64,000 nucleotides of DNA from assembly GCA_964618645.1 (NCBI GenBank), contig CAZUBW010000001.1, forward strand, positions 83,236-147,235. The letters run 5' to 3'. Numbering within the stretch: the first letter of the stretch is position 1; each line of letters begins with the position of its first letter. The notes under the pieces are model-generated. The model ran no database searches. It was given only the letters and a program-made list of their open reading frames with translations, and had not been told where the DNA came from. Source of the DNA: an uncultured Bacteroidales bacterium (GTDB taxonomy: Bacteria > Bacteroidota > Bacteroidia > Bacteroidales > UBA10428). The position numbers and the translations under genes are program-made. Positions 11,832 to 21,508 of this stretch are shown here, piece by piece.

Positions 11832-11982
11832 ATACTATTTTTGCCAAAATCAGTATATCAGTAGTCACATGAAAGTGTTTACCTTTTGATTTTTATGTAC
11901 TATATTAGCCCGGCCAACAAACCAACCTGGCATGCATTGCTGATTTTACCGGTTGTGATTTGGCAAAGCAAAACTAACAGAC

Positions 11983-13236
11983 ATGATAAAGCTGACGATC
12001 ATACGATTGGAGAAATTTCGGCCTTTGACCGTTATAGCCGTTATTATTTCCCTGCTGGTAGCATGCCAGAAAGATACAGATCCGCCGGTTGAATATGAAT
12101 ATCTTGTTGATTATAAGGTTAATAAAATTTATTCGACAGATATACTTAAAGCCATGATGCTGATCCAATCGGCAATTTACCCCGAAATCAGCGACATAGT
12201 GCATAATATTGATTATGGTGTGCAGGTTTTCCAGGTTACCTATAAAACCCATTATCGCGATTCGGTTATTGAAGCATCGGGTTTGGTTTGCATTCCGACA
12301 AGTCAGGCCAATTTTCCGGTAATCAGTTTTCAGAACGGGACCAACACCAGTCATGAAAACGCACCATCGGTTAACCCGTCCAATCAGAACTATATGCTGA
12401 TGGAAGCCATGGCAAGTAATGGGTATATTGTCCTGATAACCGATTATATCGGGTTCGGCAGTTCATCGGATATTGTTCATCCATACTACCACCGTACTTC
12501 CTCAGACAATGCCGTTATCGACCTGGTTAACGCCTTTAACGAAATGGATGAATATGATCTGTTTCTGGCAAACGGCAACAACAAGCTCTATCTTATGGGT
12601 TATTCGCAGGGCGGGTGGGCTACGTTGTCGGCATTGGATGCAATAGAAAACAGGCAGGCGCTTGATATGGATATCGAAGGGGTATCATGCGGGGCCGGGG
12701 CTTATAGCCTGATGGCCATGTCGGAATATGTACTTGGACTTGAAACCTTTCCAGGTCCTTTATATTTGCCCTATTACCTTTACGCCCATCAGTTTTACGG
12801 GTCCATCAGTGCACCACTCAGTATTTTCTTCAAGGATCCATATCCCATGATCATACCTTCGTTATTCGATGGATCACTTAAAAATGACGAGGTTAATGCT
12901 GAGCTCACTACCCAGATAGCCGATTTGGTTACCGACAATATGCGCAATAACTTAGCTTCGGACCAAACATTTGGTGAGCTCAGAATGGCAATGGAGGCAA
13001 GCAGCGTAGCAGGATGGAACACCAGTGTACCATTGCGGTTTTATCATGGTACGGCCGATGAGCATGTTCCTCCACAACAATCATTACTGGTTTATAACGA
13101 ATTTATTAATGCCGGTAGTAATACCGATATGGTGAAACACATTACCAAAGAAGGGTTGAATCATGGCACATGCCTTATTCCCTGGGGATTGGAAACAATT
13201 GACTGGTTCAACACCCTAAAATCAAACAACCAATAA
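11983..13236 (+). CDS. secreted alpha/beta-hydrolase, lipase-like lipoprotein
   Basis: Lipobox LLVAC, nucleophile elbow GYSQGG, and an overall secretory-lipase-like layout. The exact substrate is unknown. Confidence 0.6.
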   Translation: MIKLTIIRLEKFRPLTVIAVIISLLVACQKDTDPPVEYEYLVDYKVNKIYSTDILKAMMLIQSAIYPEISDIVHNIDYGVQVFQVTYKTHYRDSVIEASGLVCIPTSQANFPVISFQNGTNTSHENAPSVNPSNQNYMLMEAMASNGYIVLITDYIGFGSSSDIVHPYYHRTSSDNAVIDLVNAFNEMDEYDLFLANGNNKLYLMGYSQGGWATLSALDAIENRQALDMDIEGVSCGAGAYSLMAMSEYVLGLETFPGPLYLPYYLYAHQFYGSISAPLSIFFKDPYPMIIPSLFDGSLKNDEVNAELTTQIADLVTDNMRNNLASDQTFGELRMAMEASSVAGWNTSVPLRFYHGTADEHVPPQQSLLVYNEFINAGSNTDMVKHITKEGLNHGTCLIPWGLETIDWFNTLKSNNQ

Positions 13237-13256
13237 TCTTCTATCTCTAATATTTT

Positions 13257-14288
13257 ATGTTACAACAATTCACCCACCGGAGATATAATGCCTTAAACGG
13301 CGAATGGGTACTGGTAGCTCCGCATCGTACAAAGAGGCCCTGGCAGGGCCAACAAGAAGAGCAAGCCCGTAAAGCAAATATTACTTTCGATCCATCGTGT
13401 TACCTTTGCCCGGGAAACCAGCGAGCCAGCGGTGCAAACAATCCCGATTACAAATCGACATACGCCTTTGTAAACGATTTTAGTTCACTTATTGATGATA
13501 TTCCGGAATTCAGCCATAATGAAGATGATTTGCTGGTTGCGCGTTCGGAACGCGGCATATGCAAAGTTGTTTGTTTTTCGCCACGGCACGATCTTACACT
13601 GGCAGAAATGGAAATTACCGATCTGTGTAACGTTATTACCACTTGGCGTGAAGAGTTTAAAAGCCTGAGTGCATTGCCTTTTATTAATTACGTGCAGATA
13701 TTTGAGAACAAAGGTGAAATTATGGGTTGCAGTAACCCTCACCCGCATGGCCAGATATGGGCGCAGGAAACCATTCCGGGTGAACCGGCCAAAGAACAGG
13801 AACAACAACTGAAATACTTTGCCCAGAAAAAATCCCCCCTGTTAATTGACTACCTGCAACTTGAGTTAAGAAAAAAGGAGAGGATCATTTACGAGAACGA
13901 CAGCTTTGCTGTGCTAGTGCCCTTTTGGGCGATATGGCCATACGAAACCATGATCCTGCCCAAACGCCCTATTCAGAACCTCCTTCAGTTCTCTGGTGAT
14001 GAAATAACCCGTTTTGCAGAAGCCATCAGTGCCATCACAATCAGGTATGACAACCTTTTTAAGGTTTCTTTTCCTTATTCATCTGGAATTCATCAAGCAC
14101 CTACCGATGGGAAGCCACATAACGAGTGGCAGTTTCATATGCATTTCTATCCCCCGCTGCTCAGGTCAGCCACCATCAAAAAATTCATGGTCGGATACGA
14201 AATGCTTGCCAACCCGCAACGTGATATCACTGCAGAAACAAGTGCCGGAATATTGAGAGACCTGGCAGGCGTTCACTATAATAAATAA
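13257..14288 (+). CDS. galT: galactose-1-phosphate uridylyltransferase
   Basis: 343 aa with the CYLCPGN zinc motif and the active-site CSNPHPHGQIWA motif typical of class I GalT. Confidence 0.9.
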   Translation: MLQQFTHRRYNALNGEWVLVAPHRTKRPWQGQQEEQARKANITFDPSCYLCPGNQRASGANNPDYKSTYAFVNDFSSLIDDIPEFSHNEDDLLVARSERGICKVVCFSPRHDLTLAEMEITDLCNVITTWREEFKSLSALPFINYVQIFENKGEIMGCSNPHPHGQIWAQETIPGEPAKEQEQQLKYFAQKKSPLLIDYLQLELRKKERIIYENDSFAVLVPFWAIWPYETMILPKRPIQNLLQFSGDEITRFAEAISAITIRYDNLFKVSFPYSSGIHQAPTDGKPHNEWQFHMHFYPPLLRSATIKKFMVGYEMLANPQRDITAETSAGILRDLAGVHYNK

Positions 14289-14293
14289 CGCGG

Positions 14294-15010
14294 TTAAAGA
14301 AAATTCCGGTTCAGAAATTCCTGAAACCTGTCCTTGTACTGATCACCGACAGGTATATATACTTTGCCGAAAATGATCCGGCTACGCTCAATGGTATCAA
14401 TTTTTTCGAGGTTGACGATAAAGGACCGGTGAACCCGCATGAATTTCGCGTCCGGTAATTTACCCTCAAGTTGTTTCAGCGAAGTCAGTGATAAAATTGG
14501 TTTGGGATCATTCCGTGTGTACACTTTAACATAGTCTTTCAATCCTTCGATATAGAGAATATCGTTAAAATTTATGCGCCGGATCTTGTATTCCGATTTC
14601 AGGAATAAAAACTCGTTGTTAGCTTCAACTTGTGTTGTTTCGTGCTTATTTTCCAGTTGTATCAGCCGCAATGCCTTTTGCGTAGCTGTAAAAAACTCCT
14701 CGTAGCTAAAAGGTTTCAGCAGGTAATCCACTACTTCAAGCCTGAAACCTTCCAGGGCATATTTTTCATAGGCGGTGGTAAAAACAACTTTCGGGCCTTT
14801 TTTCATGGCACGTGTAAATTCAATGCCGGTAAGATCCGGCATTTGTATATCAATAAATATCAAATCCACTGCATTCCCGGCCATAAATTCAACCGCATCA
14901 AGTGGATTATCAAACTTCCCGACAAGATTCAGACCGGGCGTTTTTTCGATGTACCCTGCCACCAGTTGAAGCGCCAGCGGCTCATCGTCAATGGCTATTG
15001 TATTGATCAT
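14294..15010 (-). CDS. LytR/AlgR-family response regulator (REC + LytTR DNA-binding domain)
   Basis: REC motifs (IAIDDE, DLIFIDIQMPDLTG, LLKP) and a C-terminal LytTR domain (FMRVHRSFIVNL). Overlaps the upstream kinase gene by 23 nt. Confidence 0.88.
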   Translation of the reverse strand: MINTIAIDDEPLALQLVAGYIEKTPGLNLVGKFDNPLDAVEFMAGNAVDLIFIDIQMPDLTGIEFTRAMKKGPKVVFTTAYEKYALEGFRLEVVDYLLKPFSYEEFFTATQKALRLIQLENKHETTQVEANNEFLFLKSEYKIRRINFNDILYIEGLKDYVKVYTRNDPKPILSLTSLKQLEGKLPDAKFMRVHRSFIVNLEKIDTIERSRIIFGKVYIPVGDQYKDRFQEFLNRNFL

Positions 15011-16100
15011 CGGATGGGTTATTTGTCAGCAAAATTTGTATAACAACCTGATATGCCGATTCAGTTTTTTCAATTGCGAAGGTATGCTGTCCGGGAAATA
15101 ACAGCTTCAGCCTTTTCTGCAAATTTTCCAGTCCGATTCCGGAATTTCCGTTTGATTTGGCCTCACTGCCAGGGAACAGGCTGTTTACACAACTGAAGGT
15201 AAGCATTTTTGATGACACTTCCATGGCAACCTCAATAAAAGATTTTTCGCGGTAACTGACACCATGTTTAAAAGCATTTTCAATAACTGAGATAAAGAGT
15301 AACGGGGGAATACTAATGTTGGTATAATCTGCCGGAAAAGAAACGTTGAGTTTCACTTTATCGGTCAACCTAAGACGCATCAGATCGATATAATTATTCA
15401 TAAAGTCAATTTCGTCCGATAATTTGGTTTGGCCTCTTTCGGATTCATAAAGCAGGTAACGCATCATTTTCGAAAGCTTCAGTACGGCATCTTTCGAGTC
15501 GTCGGTATTGATACTGATAAGCGAGTAAATGTTATTCAGTGTGTTAAAAAAGAAATGCGGACTGATCTGGTTTTTCAGAAAGGCCAGTTCGGAACTCAGT
15601 TTTTCTTTTTCGAGCTCTTTTTGTCGTTTTTCGATGTCGGAATGGCGTTCGATAACCCTCAATCCCAATGCCAAAATGGTAAATGCCACTGCATTAAAGG
15701 TGAAATTGTAAATATGACCAAGACCAAAGGGTAACCTGATTGCTCTTCTCCGCTCCACAGGGGGAGGTGGTAGTTCTCTTCGTTCAGCCGACTCCCTTCT
15801 GAACCTGTCGCGCTGACCTTCGTCAGGCCCTTCATCAAAAATAACCTGACTAATCCCAACACTTGCGAAAAAAAGTGCAACCACCAGCAAAAACGCATAA
15901 AGGTAGTAGCTCAGTTTCCGGCCCTTCATAAAATAGCGGGGAATCAGAAGCAGGTAATTGCCGTAAAACAACAGGAAATTAATCACCATATTAACAAAAA
16001 CAGCAACGAGGAATTCCCGGGGTATATCCCACCTTAACATTCCGTACAATGGAAAGCCGAGCAAAATTGCCCAGGCTGCGATGTGCAGAAATACCTGCAT
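14988..16100 (-). CDS. LytS/YehU-type sensor histidine kinase (His_kinase PF06580-like + GHKL ATPase)
   Basis: N-terminal TM helices, a charged Pro/Arg/Glu linker, the H-box LKNQISPHFFFNTLNNI, and a C-terminal ATPase with GIGLENL. Start uncertain, either 16124 or the internal ATG at 16100. Confidence 0.8.
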   Translation of the reverse strand: MQVFLHIAAWAILLGFPLYGMLRWDIPREFLVAVFVNMVINFLLFYGNYLLLIPRYFMKGRKLSYYLYAFLLVVALFFASVGISQVIFDEGPDEGQRDRFRRESAERRELPPPPVERRRAIRLPFGLGHIYNFTFNAVAFTILALGLRVIERHSDIEKRQKELEKEKLSSELAFLKNQISPHFFFNTLNNIYSLISINTDDSKDAVLKLSKMMRYLLYESERGQTKLSDEIDFMNNYIDLMRLRLTDKVKLNVSFPADYTNISIPPLLFISVIENAFKHGVSYREKSFIEVAMEVSSKMLTFSCVNSLFPGSEAKSNGNSGIGLENLQKRLKLLFPGQHTFAIEKTESAYQVVIQILLTNNPSDDQYNSH

Positions 16101-16157
16101 TCCCTTTCCCCTGGTTTTCCACATAGCTGTTTTTGTTTTAACCTGTTTATCTGTTAA

Positions 16158-16326
16158 TTAGAGCTTGTCAATAAAGTTAGAAAAATGTATAATTAGCCAT
16201 GTGTCTGTTCAGAGAGTTCCATTTGCAAGGCTTGCGCAGTCCGAAAATGCGGAGTTTACTATTCGTAAATGAGCAATTTTCGGACAAGCGTAACGCGGCA
16301 AATGGGACTTTATGGACAGACACTAA
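16158..16326 (-). repeat. stop-codon-abutting structured repeat, long form, copy 1 (123-nt imperfect hairpin at 16201-16323 plus a conserved ~30-nt distal box)
   Basis: Near-identical copy at 56983-57143. Internal helices are GTGTCTGT/ACAGACAC, CCATTTGC/GCAAATGG and TCCGAAAAT/ATTTTCGGA. It begins 3 nt after the TAA of the ABC permease gene. Confidence 0.85.
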
Positions 16327-17547
16327 TTATTCGTAGCGCAATGCCTCTATGGGATTGAGGTTAGCTGCCTTACGGGCAGGGTACCAACCAAAGAACACCC
16401 CAATGACAAAACAAACGATAAAGGCCAGTATAACAGCTTTGGATTGTACGTAAGCTTCACTGTCCATAAGCGAACTGGCTCCTTTGGCTATCAGATATCC
16501 CAATATTATTCCCAAAACACCTCCAAGTATACTCAAAATGATCGATTCCACAAGAAATTGTTTAAGAATATCCTGACCGCGTCCTCCAATGGACATACGC
16601 AGGCCTATTTCCCTGGTACGTTCAGTTACCGATACAAACATTATATTCATGATACCTATACCACCAACCAATAATGAAATGCCGGCAATAGCTCCCAGCA
16701 GGTAGGTCATGATATCAGTAATAGAGGTCATGGTAGCCATTAATTCCGACTGCGACATAATGCGAAAATCATTCTCATCTGTTTCTTTCAGTTTATGTGT
16801 ACGTCGCAGGATTTCCTCTATTTCGGTAATGGCTGCAGCTGATTTCTCCTCGGTAACAGCTGAGGCGTATATACCATTGATATAATCGATGGCAGCAAGG
16901 CGTCGCTGAACGGTTGTATAAGGTGCAACAATAAGATCGTCCTGATCCTGCCCCATCCCACTTTCACCCTTTTCTTCAAGCACGCCGATGACCTGAAAGG
17001 GAATGTTTTTAATGCGGATAGAAAGACCTACCGGATCAGCGTCATCACCAAACAGGTTCTCAACAACGGTCTGACCAACCAGGCAAACCTTGGCCATACT
17101 TTTAATTTCCTGTGTGGTAAATAACCTGCCGTTTGCTATTTTGAGCTTCCTGATATCCATGTATTCTTCACTGGCACCGTAAATAGTGGTTTGCGTATTC
17201 TGGTTGCCATAAATAACCTGACCGCTGGCACGCACTTCGGGCGATACAGCAGCTATATTGGAAGCTTCGTTTCGAATGGCTATAACATCATTCATTTTCA
17301 TTGCCTGGGAAGCGGAACTCCCCAGACTTACTCCTCCACGGCGCATGAAATTTGGCATTACCATAATCATGTTGGTACCCATGCTGGACATTTCCTCGCG
17401 CATGCTACGTTTTGAACCTTCGCCCAAAGCAAGCATGGCAATCACCGAAGCCACGCCAATAATGATACCCAGCATGGTTAATATGGCCCTAAGCCGGTTT
17501 CTCACAAGGGCCCTGACGGCTATCCTTAATAAATTGGCAAAATTCAT
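16327..17547 (-). CDS. ABC transporter permease, MacB/FtsX family
   Basis: 406 aa with an N-terminal TM, a large periplasmic MacB_PCD-like domain and a C-terminal FtsX 3-TM bundle. Follows the ATPase gene. Confidence 0.88.
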   Translation of the reverse strand: MNFANLLRIAVRALVRNRLRAILTMLGIIIGVASVIAMLALGEGSKRSMREEMSSMGTNMIMVMPNFMRRGGVSLGSSASQAMKMNDVIAIRNEASNIAAVSPEVRASGQVIYGNQNTQTTIYGASEEYMDIRKLKIANGRLFTTQEIKSMAKVCLVGQTVVENLFGDDADPVGLSIRIKNIPFQVIGVLEEKGESGMGQDQDDLIVAPYTTVQRRLAAIDYINGIYASAVTEEKSAAAITEIEEILRRTHKLKETDENDFRIMSQSELMATMTSITDIMTYLLGAIAGISLLVGGIGIMNIMFVSVTERTREIGLRMSIGGRGQDILKQFLVESIILSILGGVLGIILGYLIAKGASSLMDSEAYVQSKAVILAFIVCFVIGVFFGWYPARKAANLNPIEALRYE

Positions 17548-17555
17548 AGCTAAGT

Positions 17556-18317
17556 TTATTTAACGTCAAATTCTTCGATATTCTCTACTGGCATGTTTTT
17601 AAGCATTTCTTTGGCAACCAGCCTGTCTGTAACCAATTGCTCATGCCTGATAAGACCGTCGCGAAATACCACGTTCCGGGTAGCAAACCTGGCAATATCG
17701 GGTTCGTGTGTAACATAAACTATGGTACGTCCACGCGCATTCAGATCCTGAAATAACTCCATTATTTCAAACGAGGTGCGCGTGTCGAGGTTACCAGTTG
17801 GTTCGTCTGCCAATATCATCACCGGGTCATTAACCAGTGAACGGGCAATGGCTACACGTTGCTGCTGTCCGCCCGACAATTGGTTGGGCATGTGATGCAT
17901 ACGATCGGCCAGTCCCACAGCTTCCAAAGCCTTTATTGCTCTTTCTTTCCGCTCTTTTGCTTTTACCTTTGCATTATAAAACAACGGGAGCTCAACATTT
18001 TCAAGCGCTGTAGTACGCGGCAACAGGTTATAGGCCTGAAAAACAAACCCCAGCTTCTGATTGCGCAATCTCGCCAGTTCGTCCCTGCTCAGGCTTTTTA
18101 CATCGGCCCCGTCGAGGTAGTAATCCCCTTTGGTAGGTTTGTCGAGGCATCCCAGTATGTTGAGCATGGTTGATTTACCGGATCCGCTCACCCCCATTAC
18201 GGCCACAAATTCTCCTTCCTCGATCTTCATATTCACTCCCCGTAAGGCATGTACGGTAACTTCGCCCACATGATAGTCCTTCCGGAGGCCGTTGATTTCA
18301 ATAATTGTTTTTCCCAT
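17556..18317 (-). CDS. ABC transporter ATP-binding protein (MacB/LolD-like)
   Basis: Walker [10 protein letters not shown], signature LSGGQQQR, Walker [12 protein letters not shown]. Confidence 0.92.
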   Translation of the reverse strand: MGKTIIEINGLRKDYHVGEVTVHALRGVNMKIEEGEFVAVMGVSGSGKSTMLNILGCLDKPTKGDYYLDGADVKSLSRDELARLRNQKLGFVFQAYNLLPRTTALENVELPLFYNAKVKAKERKERAIKALEAVGLADRMHHMPNQLSGGQQQRVAIARSLVNDPVMILADEPTGNLDTRTSFEIMELFQDLNARGRTIVYVTHEPDIARFATRNVVFRDGLIRHEQLVTDRLVAKEMLKNMPVENIEEFDVK

Positions 18318-18350
18318 TTTCGTAACTTTTAGTGTATCAACTTTCCGGCA

Positions 18351-19676
18351 TCAGAACGGGAATGGTCCCCTGGGCCGCTGATCTGACTGACTTTCAGATT
18401 CTTTTTCCTTTCCCTCACTCATGGAGATCACTACTTCATCGCCCTCTTTTAAACCGGTTACAATTTCCACAAAGTTACCATTGTCGATACCGGTTTTAAT
18501 GGGGTTGGGCCTGATGCCTCCCTTGTCGTCTTTCACCCATACCATTTTCATATCACTTGCACCACCAAAACCTCCGAAACCTCCCTGCGGCATAGCCGGG
18601 AAACCGCCAGTTGGCATGGTCTGGCCGGCAGGCATTTGCCGGGTTTGTGCCTGATTGCCCGTACCACTCTGTGCTCGTGCACTACCTGGCATGCCTTGTG
18701 GAAAAGACCCCTCTGGTGCATTCTTCATCATTTTCTCTATTTGCTTTTGCATATAAGCCATGTCGGGGGTAAAACGGGTGGCTTTACCAGCCAGCATCAG
18801 TACACTGTCTTTCTCTTCGACATAAATGGTTGCGTTTGCGGTCATGCCTGGCATCAGCTTTTTGTCAGGATTAGGTGCGCTCAGAATCACAGCGTAGGTC
18901 ACCACGTTGTTGGTGGTGGTCGGCTGAAGTCTCACTTCAGATACTGATCCGTCGAATTTAAGGTCGGGATAAGCATCAACAGTGAACTCCACGCGTTGAC
19001 CCTTTCTTACATTTCCAATGTCAGCCTCACTTACGCTGGTTTCTACTTCCATTTGGGTAAGATCGTTTACAATGGTAAAGAGGGTTGGCGTATTAAAGCT
19101 GGCAGCCACTGTCTGGCCTTCTTCAACTGCTCTGTTCAGCACTACACCATCTATTGGTGAGGTGATGGTGGCATAGTTCAGGTTGGTAAGGTTCCGGTCA
19201 TAAGACGATTTGGCATTCTTAAGCGATGACCTGGCATTTTCGTAGTTGTACAATGCCTGGTCATAATCCGATTGAGCAATCAGCTTTTTTTCATACAAAG
19301 CTTTCATCCGGTTAAAGGTTGCCTCCTGATAGGTCAGCTGTGCCTGTGCCTGATCAAGTGTGGCCCTGCTTTGCTCAAGTTGGGCAGCAAGCTGCTTCTT
19401 ATCGAGTTGGGCCATTATTTCACCTTTTTTAACATCATCGTTAAAGTCGACATATATCCTGTCTATAATACCGGATACCTGTGTTCCTACATCTACTGAA
19501 GTAACCGCTTCGATAGTACCGGTGGCAGTTACCACGCTGGTTATTTTCCCTTTTTCAACCTTTACGGTTTCAAATGTATAGGCTTCATCTTTATGGCCAA
19601 ACGGTTTAAAGATCAACAAGGCCATAACGGCGACTGCCACAATCACTACGCCAAAAATGATCACTTTCTTTTTCAT
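18351..19676 (-). CDS. efflux periplasmic adaptor (HlyD/MacA membrane-fusion protein family)
   Basis: N-terminal TM, barrel-sandwich/lipoyl segments, a coiled-coil hairpin (QLEQSRATLDQAQAQL...), and beta-barrel domains. Contains an unusual Gly/Pro/Gln/Met-rich insertion. Confidence 0.85.
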   Translation of the reverse strand: MKKKVIIFGVVIVAVAVMALLIFKPFGHKDEAYTFETVKVEKGKITSVVTATGTIEAVTSVDVGTQVSGIIDRIYVDFNDDVKKGEIMAQLDKKQLAAQLEQSRATLDQAQAQLTYQEATFNRMKALYEKKLIAQSDYDQALYNYENARSSLKNAKSSYDRNLTNLNYATITSPIDGVVLNRAVEEGQTVAASFNTPTLFTIVNDLTQMEVETSVSEADIGNVRKGQRVEFTVDAYPDLKFDGSVSEVRLQPTTTNNVVTYAVILSAPNPDKKLMPGMTANATIYVEEKDSVLMLAGKATRFTPDMAYMQKQIEKMMKNAPEGSFPQGMPGSARAQSGTGNQAQTRQMPAGQTMPTGGFPAMPQGGFGGFGGASDMKMVWVKDDKGGIRPNPIKTGIDNGNFVEIVTGLKEGDEVVISMSEGKEKESESQSDQRPRGPFPF

Positions 19677-19716
19677 AGCTTTATTATTTACTTTTTAATG
19701 ATATGCTTCTTTGGGA

Positions 19717-21072
19717 TTATAAGGTTAAAGGAATGCCCATGTAAAAATCAAGGATTTTATAGCTGAATATAAGGTTGTATTTCGACTGCAGCCATTGACT
19801 TTCTGCTACAATCAGGTTTGTTTTTGAAACCTGGTAATCCACCGAGTTGATAATTCCCTGGTTAAATTTTTCATCAGACAGGGCAGACGACTCTTTTATG
19901 GCGGTATAATTCTCGAGGTTTGCCTCATATTCCATTTGTGCCGAAAGTACGTCCTGACAAGCCTGTTCAATACTTTTCCGCAACTGATTTCGGGTTTCCA
20001 GCTCACTCAGCTCAGCCTGCTGGTAATTGAGTTGGGCCAGCGCCACACTGGTTTTTGCCTGTTTTCGCTGATAAATTGGAATGGAAAGAGAAAGGCCTGC
20101 AGCGGGCGACAACGCATGATCGAGTTGTTTGAAGTAACTATCTTCTGATCCGTTATCCGAGAAGCTGGCGCCTGTTCCTACGCTGGCACTGGCAGAAAGA
20201 CTGGGATAGAAGGCTGCCCTGGCAATTTTTTCATCCAGCAGGGCTATTTCTTTACTGACAGCTGCACTTTTCACTTGTGGTTTAATAGCCAGGGCAGTGT
20301 CATACACTGACTGTACAACAGGTAATCGCTGCTGGTTCAATGTTTCATCGAGATTGGGCTTGGCAAGTTCGAAACTTGCGCTTACCGGCAATTCCATAAG
20401 CTGCATAAGGTTTACCTTGGCAATGGCCAGCTGACTGATAGCATTTGCCAGGTTCAGCTTTTGAGTGGCCAGTTGTGATTTTACCTGAAGAAAATCTGCT
20501 TGCGAAATAACCTGCAGATTCATGCGTTCTTCAGCCAGGTTAACCTGTTGTGTTGTTGATTCGATCTGCTTTTCGGAATTCTTTACCTGCTCTTCGGCAT
20601 ACAATACCTGTAAAAATGCATTAAGAATGCTCAGGCTTATCGATTCGCGGGTATTTTCGAGATTATACCTTCCGGTTTCTATATCAAGTTCCGATTGCTT
20701 GATCTGGTTATTCAACCGCATCCCGTTATACAGGGTAACATTGGCGTTTACCCCATAGCTGGTGCTATTGCCGGCATCGAATCCACTCCCATATACCATT
20801 TCGCCAGTACCGGCATCCAGGGTCCCGGGTCTGCTCCATTTGAAATTCTGGTTAACCGAGGCATTCACCGAAGGAAGCCGCTGTGCCTTTACTTGTCCGG
20901 CCTGGTATTCAAGCGAAAGATTGGACAACCCGGCCTTCCTTACCGTTATATTCTGCTCAAGTGCATAGTTTATACAGGCTTCAAGCGTCCAGGGTTTTCC
21001 ATCCTGGGCAGCAATACCCGTACCCATAAAAAACAACCCTGTTCCAACCCATAAAACCAGTCTCATCCGCAT
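19717..21072 (-). CDS. TolC-family outer membrane efflux protein
   Basis: Signal peptide starting at MRMRLVLWVGTGLFFMGTGIAAQ, followed by the two-repeat OEP architecture. I prefer the ATG at 21072 to the ORF-track start at 21189. Confidence 0.85.
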   Translation of the reverse strand: MRMRLVLWVGTGLFFMGTGIAAQDGKPWTLEACINYALEQNITVRKAGLSNLSLEYQAGQVKAQRLPSVNASVNQNFKWSRPGTLDAGTGEMVYGSGFDAGNSTSYGVNANVTLYNGMRLNNQIKQSELDIETGRYNLENTRESISLSILNAFLQVLYAEEQVKNSEKQIESTTQQVNLAEERMNLQVISQADFLQVKSQLATQKLNLANAISQLAIAKVNLMQLMELPVSASFELAKPNLDETLNQQRLPVVQSVYDTALAIKPQVKSAAVSKEIALLDEKIARAAFYPSLSASASVGTGASFSDNGSEDSYFKQLDHALSPAAGLSLSIPIYQRKQAKTSVALAQLNYQQAELSELETRNQLRKSIEQACQDVLSAQMEYEANLENYTAIKESSALSDEKFNQGIINSVDYQVSKTNLIVAESQWLQSKYNLIFSYKILDFYMGIPLTL

Positions 21073-21336
21073 CGTAAGGATCCTGTATATCCAAATTCCG
21101 GAATCACATAAAAATGAAAAGCCGGCATGCATTAATTCATGCCTGTTTTTGTTTTTTATCAAAAATGCTCGTCTCATAACATTATTCAATTTTGGTATAA
21201 AAGTATGCGGACCATTTTTGACGACCTAACATAATAGAAGAATACCCCTTTTTCATAGACTAACGGGCATCTTTCAGCTATCACCGGACAACCATCCTAA
21301 ATGCTGTTAACAGGAATCAGCTGTTGGCCATTAGAT

Positions 21337-21427
21337 ATTAGCTGTGAGCTATGAGCTATTAGCTGTGAGCTATTAGCTGTGAGCTTTGAGCTTTGAGCTT
21401 TGAGCTTTGAGCTTTGAGCTTTGAGCC
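21337..21427. repeat. 13 tandem heptads with invariant (G)AGCT core (attagct/gtgagct/atgagct units, then 5x ttgagct + ttgagcc)
   Basis: Read directly. AGCT recurs at strict 7-bp phasing across 91 bp. The array is flanked by GCCATTAGATA / GCCAATAGATA direct repeats and the GCCATTAG...CTAATGGC inverted pair. Confidence 0.9.
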
Positions 21428-21508
21428 AATAGATAAAAGCTAATGGCAAACAATCATGAATTGAAATCAGAGGCTCATAATATCAATATATTTTCTTAAA
21501 CTTGCACT

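Noticed and set aside
16201-16323. Whether the 123-nt hairpin is a tRNA, tmRNA fragment, riboswitch or other known RNA.
   Set aside because: It has no cloverleaf or known riboswitch core that I can recognise. It sits 3' of genes rather than in 5' leaders. It is kept as an unclassified repeat or structured element rather than a named ncRNA.
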